A DNA stretch of 64,000 bases from Octopus vulgaris (lineage: Eukaryota): assembly GCA_951406725.2 (NCBI GenBank), contig OX597814.1:123256001-123320000 (forward strand), given 5' to 3'. Positions 38,401 through 51,099 of the stretch are shown one piece after another. A program made the position numbers and the translations under genes. How positions within the stretch are numbered: the stretch's first letter is position 1; every line of letters starts with the position of its first letter. The notes beneath the pieces were generated by a model. It was not told where the DNA came from, made no database searches, and worked only from the letters and a program-made list of their open reading frames with translations.

Positions 38401-38639
38401 GAAAGTTAATCCCTTAGCATTTCCTTGCTCAAGTTTTGTCTTCATATCACCTCCAATAATTTTGTCATTGTGTTTGAGAATTACTTTAGATAGATCAGTG
38501 AGATTGTGATAAAAATGAAACATGTCTTGCTCATTTGTTGCATATGTGGCACATTAACATGAGTTTACAGTTATGCTTGAATTCACATTAAACGAAGCAG
38601 TCACTATACGAGGAGTGTTACTTACATCTGAATACAATG

Positions 38640-39050
38640 CTTTGTAAGCCCTTGGACTTAGAAGTAACCATACACCTCTGAGATCTGAATTGTTTCCAGC
38701 ATTTTCTGCTAAACTCGTTAGCGTTTGGCAAGCTGGCAAGTTAGAAATCTTGCGAGTGAATTTCAACGCATATGGATCTAGCTCTTAACAAAATACTCCC
38801 GATATATAAAAATGTATCCACGACCTCTAATCTGATGTCATTCCCGAAGATGTTTGGCTCAATGTAAGGGTGACCTGGTGCAGGAATAAACAAAAGTGTT
38901 ATTTTCTTCATGATGACAGTGAGACCAAGTGCAACACTTACTAGCATGCAAGTAAGTAGTTTTCAGTCTAAACAACAAAACTGGCATCGTCTGAGCAAAG
39001 CTGCTTTTCAATCAATCTTCCAACTGTCTTAGAAGTACAGTTGAATCTCT
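38640..39050 (-). mobile_element. RTE/BovB-like RT fragment
   Basis: ORF 38741-38947 ALGLTV..KK.....PAPGHPYIEPNIF..IRLEVVDTFLYIGSIL resembles BovB RT motifs 6-7. Confidence 0.65.
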
Positions 39051-39567
39051 TTAGGCTAAAGACCTTTCTTGTTGCTCAATGCCTTAAGTGGAAGTGTGGC
39101 GGGATACTTTACGATGCTTCTCTATTTTCAACAGCCATACATACATACACGCATACATACATACATACATGCATGCATGCATACATGCATACACACATGC
39201 ATGCATACATACATGCATGCATACATACATACAAGTATTTACTAACATGACTTGCCAAAATGAATGCGTGTGTGTATCTACAGATGTGTGTATATGTGTG
39301 TGCGCGTGTGTGTATAGTGCGCGTGTATGTATAGTGCGCATGGTGTGCGTGTCTATGTGTGTATAGATAGACAAACAGATAACTACATAGATAGATACAT
39401 ACATATAGACAGACAGGCAGATAGATAGATACATACATACATATATACATACATTGACAGATAGATAGATAGATGGATAGATAGATAGACTTTGAAGAAA
39501 AATAATCACACGTGCTCAAGCAAAGGAAGTTAGTAGCGAATGAGAGCATGTCGCACGTGTGTGTTTG

Positions 39568-39633
<66 letters not shown>

Positions 39634-40950
39634 TGCGTCCATGTGTGTGCGCGCGCATGTACGTGTGTATGTGTGTGTTATGTTGGCATTGAGCCACCTG
39701 TAGTTCCTAAGTTTAGGTTATTGTTCTGTCCAACGTCAAATCTTAGCATGCAGAATTATGAGCAAAGTCATTCTCGACCAGCTAAAGACGTCAGCCAATT
39801 TTTCCTTAAATCACACCTTTCGGTCTTAGGAAAAACTCTGTGGATGAGAGGGAAAAAGTTTTTTTCTTTTCTCTCATCCTATCGTCCTATTTTAGCTTGT
39901 TATTCCATGTTGGCCCGATGATTGCATGAAGGTACCAGACGTGTTTAAAAATGTCATCCGGGATGTTTTCATCGCATGAAACTGTTAGTAAGTCATAAAA
40001 ATATATATTGTGTTTTCTAAATAATATTTATCTCTCACCAGATTGGGTACTCATTTTTTTTTTTTTTTTGTTAATCTTACCATCACGGAACAGTACACTA
40101 GATAGATTAAGAGAGACAGACAGACAGACAGATCTGTGTTTCGTCCTTAATGTATAAGCATACATTGTTGGCTAGCAAGTTACTGTGGTATTCGTCAAGA
40201 GATAACATCTCTTATGGACGTGTTGTGTTAAAATAGAAAAAAAATTTTATAGGAAGATGAAAATCGTCATAACAGCGGCTAACGGGAATGCTATAAGCAT
40301 TTCACTCTAGTTGAGCCTCGTCAGTGACGTGACGGATTTTTATTCAGCCACGATATCGGTGAATGTTTTATTCGCTGTTTCCTTTATAAGAAGTGACAAT
40401 TCTAAGCATGTAGCTGGCTATGAGTGCACACATTGATAAGATTCAAATGGCTCGAAATACATCTCTTTCAATTTCTTTAAAATATAGCCGTATTTTGTGT
40501 CTGTACATGTGCTGTAAAACAGGAAAGAAGTCTCAATAGAAAACACATCTGCTTTTGTACTTAGTAGATATAAGATATTCCCCTATATTTTAGAAAGTTT
40601 AAGGTGGTTTCTTTTGTGTCGTAAACCATTTACTATTTCTGTGGTGTTTCCCTTCCCTTGATGCTCTAAGAAAACCAATCAGCTGTAAATGGGTGACCCC
40701 TAAGACAGACGGACGTTTTGTTCACGAGGAATGTTGGGCCTGACCACCTAGCCAGCGAGACAGCATCATTTGGAAACCATAACAATTCGAGAAAGCGCAT
40801 TGTGATCAGCGATGTATCACAACATCTGATAGTCTTGTCGATGAGTGATTCAATGGTATACATACATACGCACACGCATACACACACGCACATACACATA
40901 CATACGTAAATACACACATACATACATACATACATACATACATACATACA

Positions 40951-40981
<31 letters not shown>

Positions 40982-41157
40982 CCAAGGATCGAAGTGTGAG
41001 AAGAAAGTTAGCTTCATCAAATCCGTAGTAAATATAAACAACAACTTTCAGGGACAATAGCAGTTTATTGAGACGGAAGGTTGTGGATTTTTTTTCTTAT
41101 CGAAGTACGATAAATTGAAAAAAAATTCTTTATATTTCACGGTGGGCAACCAGGGTT

Positions 41158-41384
41158 TTACTCTTTTACTCTTTTACTTGTTTCAGTCATTTGAATGTGG
41201 CCATGCTGGAGCACCGCCTTTAGTCGAGCAAATCGACCCCAGCAGTTATTCTTTGTAAACATAGTACTTATTCTATCGGTCTCTTTTGCCGAACCGCTAA
41301 GTTACGGGGACGTAAACACACCAGCATCGGTTGTCGAGCGATGTTGGGAGGACAAACACAGACGCACAAACATACACGCACATA

Positions 41385-41452
<68 letters not shown>

Positions 41453-41633
41453 TACATATACATATATACGACGGGCTTTTTTCAGTTTCCATCTACCAAA
41501 TCCACTCACAAGGTTTTGGTCGGCCCGAGGCTATAGTAGAAGACACTTACCCAAGGTGCCACGCAGTGGGACTGAACCTGGAACCATGTGGTTGATAAGC
41601 AAGCTACTTACCACGCAGCCACTCCTACGTCTA
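41158..41633 (-). mobile_element. SINE family A, full length
   Basis: Reverse complement of family A. Confidence 0.9.
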
Positions 41634-41648
41634 TATGCGAATAAGAAT

Positions 41649-42041
41649 ACAAGAGTTAAGGAATGGAGTAGATAGTGTCCGGGCTACATGTTTCATTGCG
41701 AGCGGAACCGTGGAAGTGGTTAATATCCAAGCGAGGTATACTGCAGGCTATGCTTCAGGCCAAGGATATCTTGATTAAATGAAAGTTTACATTGTTACAA
41801 GGACTTACATGTTAACACATGGAAAATTCAGTCAGAATGTGATTGGATTTTTCTGATTGAATTTTCCATGTGGTAACATATACCTCCTCGCCACAATGTT
41901 AACTTTCATTTAATCAAGATATCCTTGGCTTGGAGAGCAGCCTGCGGTATACACCTCGCTTGGATATTAACCACTTCCGAGGTTCCGCTCGCTTTGAAAT
42001 ATATGTAGACCGGATCTTATCTACTCCATTCCTTGACTTGT
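41649..42041. mobile_element. Foldback palindromic MITE, about 390 bp
   Basis: aaggaatggagtagata...catggaaaattcagtcaga pairs with tctgattgaattttccatg...tatctactccattcctt. Confidence 0.88.
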
Positions 42042-42099
42042 GTGTGTGTGTGTGTGAGAGAGAGAGAGTGTGTGTGTGTGTTGATGGATGTACATATTT

Positions 42100-42625
42100 T
42101 TATTTATTTCATCTAGTTTTAGCTCACGAGCTGTGGCCATGCTGGGGCTAGGCCATTTGGTGTTGCTACATGATTTTACTTCACGAATGCTTTTTAGCAA
42201 TTGACATTTGGTGCAAGAGAGAGTTTGATGCAGCTACCCTCATCTGCACCTCCTGCCGCGAAGTTGGTTCATCTGGGACACCTGACAGGAAGAGGTCCAG
42301 CTTTAATTTGAAGACACCTACATCCACCCCATGCAGGTTTCTCAGGTCCTTCGGGAGGATATTGAAGAGCTGTGGACCTCTGAAGCTCAGGCTATTGCAG
42401 TATCTTGTCCTACATCTTGATGGTAAATTTGGAGTCCTTGGCACTATGCAGTGGCGCCCATTTCTAGTATTTATGTAACTCTCGATGCCAAAGTTTGGGA
42501 CAAGTCCTTCCAGGATCTTCCAGATGTATATTATGTCATATCTTTCTCGCCTACTCTCTAAGGAATAGTCTTAATTTCTTGAGTCTTTCCCAATAGCTCA
42601 TATGCTACATAGAGGCTATCTTCTT
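42100..42625 (-). mobile_element. CR1-group LINE 3' fragment
   Basis: SYWERLKKLRL...RERYDIIYIWKILEGLVPN...GPQLFNILPKDLRN..FKLKLDLFLSGVPDEP. Confidence 0.85.
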
Positions 42626-42672
42626 CGTGTAGCATATATGTATGTATGTGTGTGTGTATGTATGTATGTATG

Positions 42673-42706
<34 letters not shown>

Positions 42707-43258
42707 TGTATGTATGTATGTATATATGTATGTATGTATGTATGCACATACATCGAGTAAGAGAGAGAAGATCGTATATGTGTGTATGGAGAGTTAGATG
42801 GACAGATGGATGTACATCATTTCACAAGTTATATTATAGTGTCGTGACATAATTATGACTATGAGAAATTGGAAGAAAATACTTTCGTCTTCTAACATTA
42901 TATTTGTGAAAAGAGACAGGTTAAGAAAGAAGCCTAAAGAATAATCGATTATTCCAAGTAACAATTCTGAAGGAAAGATATGACCTTAAGTGAAGTTAAT
43001 ATACAATAATACGTTGATACTTCATAGTCATACTGAAGCAACTTACTTCATTTATAGTCAAGCGTTATATTATCATGTCATTACTCTTGGTTGTCTCGTC
43101 TGTTAGCTTGAAAGATAATTATACTCGAGTATATATCATTAACTAGAAAACCGTCATGATGTGTTGGGACAATACGATGTTTGTATAACAGTCAAGGATG
43201 AATCAACCAATGAGTCATTGCGTGGCTAGAAATAACAGTGAAAATCTTCCCCTTAAAT

Positions 43259-44031
43259 CAGCGTTTCTCAAACAATCTGATGTGGCGTACCGGCAGTTTT
43301 TTTTTCTCGTCCAGGGACTGCTAATATTTCTTAGTAATATTAATTGATACCGAAAACAATATATATAATGGATATAATAAAAGTTGACAATCTTTTTTAT
43401 CTTATAGTTATTTAGTAAACAAATAGGATCTTTTCACTTTCTTTGTAACTAAACACTTTTAAACTTCGTATACTGGTAGAATGTGTTACATAAAACATCT
43501 TTTTCTCTTGGCTTTCTTGAGAAAACTCTGTAGTTTGTAAGCTATTTGTTGTTAAATTTCTTGCATTTCGGCAATTTCAACCAATCAATGACGTCTATTG
43601 AGGTGAATACAATTTCTGCTGTTGTTTGTCGACAACAACTTCCTGCGGTCTGTATTTAGTTTGTCACTGTTATTTATGACATATTTCATATCAGTCACGT
43701 TCGTATGAATAAAAGATTGTGGGGTTAGGGTTAGAGTTAGGGTTTGGGTTAACAACAAATAGCTTACAAACTAAAGAATTTTCTCAAGAAAGCCAAGAGA
43801 AAAAGACGTTTTATGTAACACATTCTACCAGTATACGAAGTTTAAAAGTGTTTAGTTACAAAGAAATTATTTTTTAAATCTGCCAGTCAAAGTGAAAAGA
43901 TCCAACAAATAATACAATATTACATAAGCATTTTATAATGTTTCTTTCTTTTCTGGAAACTTGCCGCGTACGGGCAGCTGATGGCTCACAAACTGGCACT
44001 GGTCGGCGGACCACCGCTTTGAGTAGAACTG
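43259..44031. mobile_element. hAT (Charlie/MER5-like) MITE hosting a nested MITE
   Basis: cagcgtttctcaaa / tttgagtagaactg ends; perfect 8-bp TSD CCTTAAAT at 43251-43258 and 44032-44039. Confidence 0.85.
43426..43903. mobile_element. Merlin-like MITE with long TIRs
   Basis: GGATCTTTTCACTTT...AAAGTGAAAAGATCC ends, about 130-bp inverted arms, perfect 8-bp TSD AACAAATA; GG termini with an 8-bp TSD fit Merlin/IS1016. Confidence 0.75.
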
Positions 44032-44542
44032 CCTTAAATAACACGCTTCTGAATAAGTAAGATATATTCAAAAAATGTAGTTGCTAACATACAACTAAGT
44101 CGGGACGATCACAGCAAAGACAGCTTGCCTTACAGGTCAGCTTAGAGATAGTTTAGGGTTAAGCAACAAACAACCGGGGTATAGAAGATGGGATCTACGT
44201 GATCACTCAACCTGTTAGAAATAGTAGCCAAATCTTACTCAAATTTATAGTTTTCTGTCTTTAAAACGAGAAAGGGAAGGTTGTTATAAAGATGGGATGA
44301 TCATGTCTTGGATGTCTTTAATCATTAGGTTCGCATAATTAAGATTAATTTGGATGGGGGCAGAAGAAGAAGAAGAAGAAGAAGAAGAAACAGCAACTAG
44401 GGGGAAGAATTTTTTGACTAGATTAAGATTGTAGAGTTAGTTTTATTCCCCCTACATTTCGACAGGTTTATTCTCCAGCCATCTTCAGGTAATTTGTGTG
44501 CATACTACTACAGCTATCTATCTCCCTCTTTATCTCTATCTT

Positions 44543-44580
<38 letters not shown>

Positions 44581-44653
44581 GTGTAGTGACCTCTGGCTGT
44601 CAAGCAGGAAAGCAAAACGAAAAAGGAATCTAATGAGAGTAATCTCCCTCGAC

Positions 44654-44688
44654 CTTCTCGAAAATTCTCGGATATTCTAGAAGCTTTC
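44654..44688. promoter_or_regulatory. Heat-shock element (7 in-phase alternating nGAAn/nTTCn units, 5 perfect)
   Basis: cTTCtcGAAaaTTCtcGGAtaTTCtaGAAgcTTTc. Confidence 0.8.
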
Positions 44689-44693
44689 AATTA

Positions 44694-44772
44694 ACTTCCG
44701 GATGACGTGGAAGTCAGGGTCTTCCGATTCGTACCTTATATAAAGCGAACGCAATTCTAATTTCGCATTCCT
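44694..44772 (+). promoter_or_regulatory. Pol II core promoter: ETS, CRE/UPRE, TATA, Inr
   Basis: ACTTCCGG 44694-44701, TGACGTGG 44703-44710, GGAAGT 44709-44714, TATATAAAG 44737-44745, gCATTC with A at 44767 (30 nt from TATA). Confidence 0.7.
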
Positions 44773-44875
44773 TTTGTCTGTCAGTTCCTAGGCGTACGCC
44801 TTGAGCTACGCCACTCGCACACACGCGCATGCGCGCATATTCGCCTCATTTACTTTGAAACATGTAGTTAACAAA
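44767..44875 (+). other. Putative non-coding first exon
   Basis: Runs from the predicted TSS to donor AAA|GTATGT at 44876; contains NRF1 palindrome GCGCATGCGC at 44825-44834. Confidence 0.4.
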
Positions 44876-45163
44876 GTATGTTCATGTAATATGTTAGAAG
44901 CCTTTTCGTTCAAACTATTCTTATATGTTAATGCATTACATCCAATCATAAATATGTTATGACTTATGAATGTCTCACAAGTTCTTATTTTTCTTGTCGT
45001 TTTACGTACAAGAGGGTGACCCCTCTTCCTCGCATGCAATTGTAAAATTGTAGGTTGTCGCATACTGACATCACTACACACTCATCATTCAGAGACTCGT
45101 GGACCATATCAAACCTGCACCGCCTCTCCGAACTACATAAAATCATCATCGCTTTATTCATTA

Positions 45164-45540
45164 CTAGTAGTATCGCCCGGCGTTGCTCGAGTTTGTTTCG
45201 ACCCTTTAGAATTGGAATTTTTGAAAAGTAAAAATTTTGCATTATGTAGCTTGTTATTCTCTTTAAGTGAACATTTTTCTGGTTGAAATACACCGAAAAA
45301 TGGCGACACAGCAGTCAAAAAATCGTAAAACAAATAGGGATTTTCATAGAAAAAAAAGCACATATTTTATGTAAATAATTTTTGGTGTTAACATGGTCCG
45401 ATTTGAATTTTTTCTTCTACGGAAGAAAGAGCAAGCCTTCTTCTAACATACTTTCAGTTTTGGTCAACTTGCGCCGCAGGGTCTCGTTGAAGGCTACCAA
45501 ACCTGCCATACACAGACAACTTCAGCTTTATATACATAGA
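45164..45540 (-). mobile_element. Non-autonomous Helitron
   Basis: Minus strand A|TCTATGTATATAAAG start; end ctcgagcaacgccgggcgatactaCTAG|T, the same 3' end as 28550-29185. Confidence 0.85.
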
Positions 45541-45546
45541 TTTTTA

Positions 45547-46058
45547 GGGCGGTAAGCTGGCAGAGGTTTTAGCACGCCGGGCAGAATAATTAGCAGCATT
45601 TCGTCCGCTTTTGCGTCCTGAGTTCAAATTCCACAGAGGTTAATTTTTGCCTTTCATCTTTTTAGGTGTAGGAGTGGCTGTGTGGTAAGTAGCTTGCTTA
45701 CCAACAACATGGTTCCGAGTTCAGTCCCACTGTGCGTCACCTTGGGCAAGTGTCTTCTATTATAGCCTCAGACCGGCCAAAGCCTTGTGAGTGGATTTGG
45801 TAGACGGAAACTGAAAGAAGCCCTTCGTATATATGTATATGTGTGTGTTTGTGTTTGTCCCCCCCCCCCCCAACATCGCTTGACAACCGACGGTGGTGTG
45901 TTTACGTCCCCGTAACTTAGTGGTTCGGTAAAAGAGACCGATAGAATAAGTACTAGGCTTACAAAGAATAAGTCCTGGAGTCGATTTGCTCGACTAAAGG
46001 CGGTGCTCCAGTATGGCCACAGTCAAATGACTGAAACAAGTAAAAGAGTAAAAGGGTA
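45547..46058 (+). mobile_element. SINE family B head (45547-45663) followed by a full SINE family A (45664-46058)
   Basis: Family B text stops at gcctttcatc, then family A begins. Confidence 0.85.
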
Positions 46059-46289
46059 AACTGATTAAGGAACTTGCAATAAAATCTCTTAAGTTTGCAA
46101 CAAATGCCAGGAAGGAATCACAATCTTTGATGATCTTCCCTCTTCTCTGGTGACACTACATACATAACATTGTTAAAACCGCTCCCCACCATCAAACACA
46201 AACATATCTCTTCAAAGCCATAGAATACGCTCTAAACATATGTTGACCCTCTACAAAATTCAAGTAACACACGCACATATATATATTCT

Positions 46290-46463
46290 TTAATCTTTTA
46301 CTTGTTTCAGGCATGCTAGAGCACCGCCTTTGGTCGAACAAATCGCCCCCAGAATTATTCTTTGTAAGCCTATCGGTGTTTTTTTACCGAACCGCTACGT
46401 TACGGAGACGTAAACCCACCCAAAACGGTTGTCAAGTGATGGTGGGGGGCACAAACACACGCG

Positions 46464-46529
<66 letters not shown>

Positions 46530-46687
46530 CATACGACGGACTTCTTTCAGTTTCCGTCAACCAAATCTACTCACAAGGCTTTGGTCGGCCCGAAAAGACA
46601 CTTACCCAAGATGCCACGCAGTGGGACTGAACCCGGAACCATGTGGTTGGGAAGCAAGCGTCTTACCACACAGCCACGCCTGCACCT
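46290..46687 (-). mobile_element. SINE family A
   Basis: Reverse complement of family A with small deletions. Confidence 0.85.
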
Positions 46688-47159
46688 ATATATATGTGTG
46701 CGTGTGTGTGTGTGATGTAATATTATATTTGCTTGTAAAGTTGCTCTTCAGCACCACTTTTATTTTTTAATCCACAACTATTGTAAAAAAATTTGTGATA
46801 TTTTTTATGAGATCTTTCTGACAATCATCTTGCTCAGTGTGTTTAGTATGTGTCACAGGTGTTGGTTCCTTCTCTAAATTACAAAATAGTTGATGTAGAG
46901 ATTTGAATAACTGGTCAGAAGAAAAAAATTGATTTTTGTCATACGAAAACTAAATAATACAATATTTGTTTCAAATACAGTATAGCGTCAGATATTTCTT
47001 TTAAAAAAATGGCATACGTATAGTAATTTCTCACATAGTTACAGGGTTAGACATTTTGTGAGAGGGAACAGTTGAAGATGTAAGGGGCCGAAGATGTAAG
47101 GAGGCCGTACGATGTGAAGGGACGAGGATGGTTCCTTCGTACCACATCACACGGCTGCT

Positions 47160-47490
47160 ACAATGAAGAAAAATTGGATAGAACATATAAATGTCAGAGC
47201 GAAAAAGACACAAGCGCGAAGAATGATTAAGAGAACATTTATTGCTATGTTAACATGTGAGTCTGTGTGTGTGGTCGGTGACTAGACTTTATAAGGTCTA
47301 GAACCAATGACCCCTGAGCGAGGAAAAACTGAGTTTTTATAAGGAGTTGTAGACTCAAACAGGGTAGTAAACAGACTGTCCCACGTGATCCTATTTAGAG
47401 CTTCCGACTGGTTATACACGGCAAGTTGGCGCAATCGAGTAAGAAACAAACTGCGCCAATACCAACCAATCAGAGTAGTGGACACAACGG
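47160..47490 (-). mobile_element. Possible solo LTR
   Basis: Minus-strand order CCAAT/E-box, TATAAAAA (about 47334-47341), AATAAA (about 47238-47243); no TSD confirmed. Confidence 0.3.
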
Positions 47491-48345
47491 GATCCAAATA
47501 GCGGCCAAAGGCTAGCTGTTACCTGTTATGTTCGAATGCACGTATATATAATGAATGGGAGAGAGGAATTTCACCCGAGTCTACGCTACAAAGATATTGA
47601 TCCCAGTGCTTGAATAGTACTTCAGTTGATTGACCCCGGTAGCTTGACATGTAAAGTTGACCTCTGCGCCATTTGAATTCAGAACGTAAAGGGCTGTATA
47701 TAAACACCGTGAAGTATTCTGTCCGATGATCTTACGATTCTACCAACACATCGCCCTCAATGAAGTGAATCAACAGAATTTTAAAAAAAACAATAATATT
47801 ACATAGCTCGGCAAAACATGTTCTTCAAGAGAATGAATCATTTAGTTATGAGGAACAGAGGAAATTTGACGTTCCAAGTAGAACAACTTCGTCAGAGAGA
47901 GAGAAGGAGGGAGATTAAATATTTACTGTTTCCCACAAATAATTCTATCTCACACGTTATTAGATATCTTTTTTTCCTCAGGACAAAATTACTTATTCGA
48001 CATTTTTTTATCGAAGAGCCATTAAACTGGTCCGTAGTATAAACCTTGTAGACCAGTTAAGTATGAAAAGATAATCCATCTTCTGTGGAATTTGAACTGG
48101 AAACGTAAAAGGAAGTAGTTAGATACTACTGGTCTACCGATTCTGCCAATATCGACCCACGCACTCACATACACACACTCACACACACGCACACACGCAC
48201 ACACACACACACTCACTCACTCATACGCACACGTGATATCTTAATGTTAACTATGCAAGGGTGATGTAATGGCAGGGATGTTAGCGAACCAGACTAAATG
48301 ACTAAACGTCTGTATTATTTAATACGCAATATTTAATTGCGTCTG

Positions 48346-49422
48346 AGGCGGCGAGCTGGAAGAATCGTTAACACGTCAGACGAAATGCTTAGAGGCATTT
48401 CGTCCGTCCTTACAGTCTGACTTCAAATTCCACCGAAATCGGCTTTGCTTTTCATCCTTTCGGGGTCGGTAAAAAAAGTACCAGTTGAACAGTGGGGTCG
48501 ATGTAATCGATTTACCTCCTCCCCCGAACTTTCTGGCTTTGTACCAAAATCCGAAATCAATATTTAATTATTTTCTTAGGCGGTGAGCTGGCAGAAACGT
48601 TAGCACACCGGGCGAAATGCTTAGCGGTATTTCGTCTGCAGCTACGTTCTGAGTTCAAATTCCGCCGAGGTCGACTTTGCCTTTCATCCTTTCGGGGTCT
48701 TTTAAATAAGTACCAGTTAAGCACTAGGGTCGATCTAATCGACTTAATCCGTTTGTCTGTCCTTGTTTGTCCTCTCTGTGTTTAGCCTAGGTATTTCATC
48801 TGCCGTTACGTTCTGAGTTCAAATTCCGCCGAGGTCGACTTTGCCTTTCATCCTTTCGGAGTCGATAAATTAAATACCAGTTGGGTACTGGGGTCGATCT
48901 AATCGACTGGCTCTCTCCCTGAAAATTTCGGGCCTTGTGCCTAGAGTAGAAAATATATTTAATTACTTTCTAAGGCAGCGAGCTGGTTGAATTCCGTTAA
49001 CATTCCGGACGAAACGCTTAACGGTATTTTGTCCGTATTTACATTCTGGGTTTGAATCTGACTTTGCCCTTCACCCTTTCAGGGTCAGTAAAATAAGTGC
49101 CAGTTAAGCACTGGGATCGATTTAAGTAACTAAGCCCCTACCCAAAAACTGCTGGCTTTGTACCAAAATTTGAAATCAATATTTATTTACCTATTTCTTT
49201 ATTACCCACAAGGGGCTAAACACAGAGGGGACAAACAAGGACAGACATAGGTATTAAGTCGATTACATCGACCCCAGTGCGTAACTGGTACTTAATTTAT
49301 CGACCCCGAAAGGATGAAAGGCAAAGTCGACCTCGGCGGAATTTGAACTCACAACATAACGCAGACGAAATACCGCTAAGCATTTCGCCCGTCGTGCTAA
49401 CATTTCTGCCAGCTCGTCGCCT
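48346..49422. mobile_element. Cluster of four SINE family B copies (three on +, one on -)
   Basis: Heads at about 48347, 48579 and 48973 (+) and 49421 (-). Confidence 0.88.
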
Positions 49423-50131
49423 TGATCAATATTTATTTACCGTTTACGTTCAAATAGAACAGGGGTTGACTGCCTTTTATTCCTACTGGGGGTCAATGAA
49501 AGATAAGTAATGCTTTGAGGTCGTTTCACTCACTTTTGTCCTCCTCCTCTTCCTCCTGTTCTTCCTATAAATTGTATGTCATTGTACCAAAGTCAGAAAT
49601 ATTTATTAAATGTATAACACTTAATATAACGTATCAGCGGTTTTACGGTTGTGTAATATACAGAGAAATGTGAAATGGTAAGAAAATAGTCAGGTGGAAT
49701 TGGAAGCTAAAGAGTACTGTTTCATTCAAAGAATGGGTGGAATGCACTCGAGGCTCGACTCTTAAAGAAAAAAAAATATTTCTCTTGTTAATTCTTTATT
49801 TTTATAGCCCACCAGTCACGAAATCTCTTACCTCTGTATTGCTTCTCTGACAATTTTGATTAGAGGTGCAGATTTTTTTTTTTTTTGTCTATCTGTCTAG
49901 AAACTTCTGTTTTTTTATGTTACTACTGCAACAAAAAATGCAGCAGCTTTTGTTGTTGTCGTCGTCGTGATCGCCGTCGTCGTGGTCGTCGTCGTCATTA
50001 TTTTTACTGCTGGCATAGTCTAGATAATAGAGATGTAGTGAAGATGAGAAGCGACGGGATGAAAGAGATAAAAATGAATTATATAAGCAAAAAGTTGTAA
50101 AATATTATGGCTCAACTATTTCATATTTCCA

Positions 50132-50162
<31 letters not shown>

Positions 50163-51099
50163 TGCACTCCGTTTCTAGAATTTAGCTGTGTCGGCCAGCA
50201 TTCGAAGATATTTTCTCTTTATACATGTGCTTTGGGAAAAAGTGTGAATACCACTCGCTCTCTTTGATCCCCTACCCGCTGAGAATTGATGATCTGGTGA
50301 CCTTAGTGCTTAGATATTACGTAAAATCATTTCAATATGTGACTGCGATATTCTAAATTCGCTCCAATCGTTTTAACACACACACACACACATTCACTGA
50401 ATACACTAAAAATAGACTTTTAAGTTGCTACACCACAAATATGTGTTAACAACAATAGAGCTGAGGGAAAATACCTCAGCGGAGCTTTATACATATTAAA
50501 TATGTGTGTTGGCTTCTCTTACAGAAATGTGAGACTTAATTTATTCGTTATGATCAAGAGTGACCAACCGATCCGGTGATTCTTGATATTCTTATGCAAC
50601 CCCTACGCAAACGCACGCCTACACACACAAACACACACACACACACACACACTTTATGAAACAAGTCACTAATATTTTCTTGTACATTGTCCTTGTGGCA
50701 AATTCCAAAAATAAATGGCAATAATTATTATTGTTATTAGAAGGGCGGCGTAAGTCGGCGATCTGGCAGGATCGTTAGCGCATTGGACGAAAATAATTTG
50801 CGGTATTTCTTCCGATTCCTTCAGTAAATGGTTGGCATCGATGTAATCGACTTGTTTCCTCCCTTCAAAATAGCTGGCCTTCTACCAAAATTAGAATGAG
50901 TTATTCGAAGGACGGTAAGGTGGCAAGTTCTGAGTTCAAATTTACACCGAGGTCGACTTTGCTTTTCATCCTTTAGGGATCGATAAATGAAGAACAAGTC
51001 AAGTACAAGGGCCGATGGTATCGACATACCCCTTTCCTTGATATTGCTGACCTCGTGCAAAATGTTAGAAAGAATTATTAAAAGGATGCTATAATGTTG

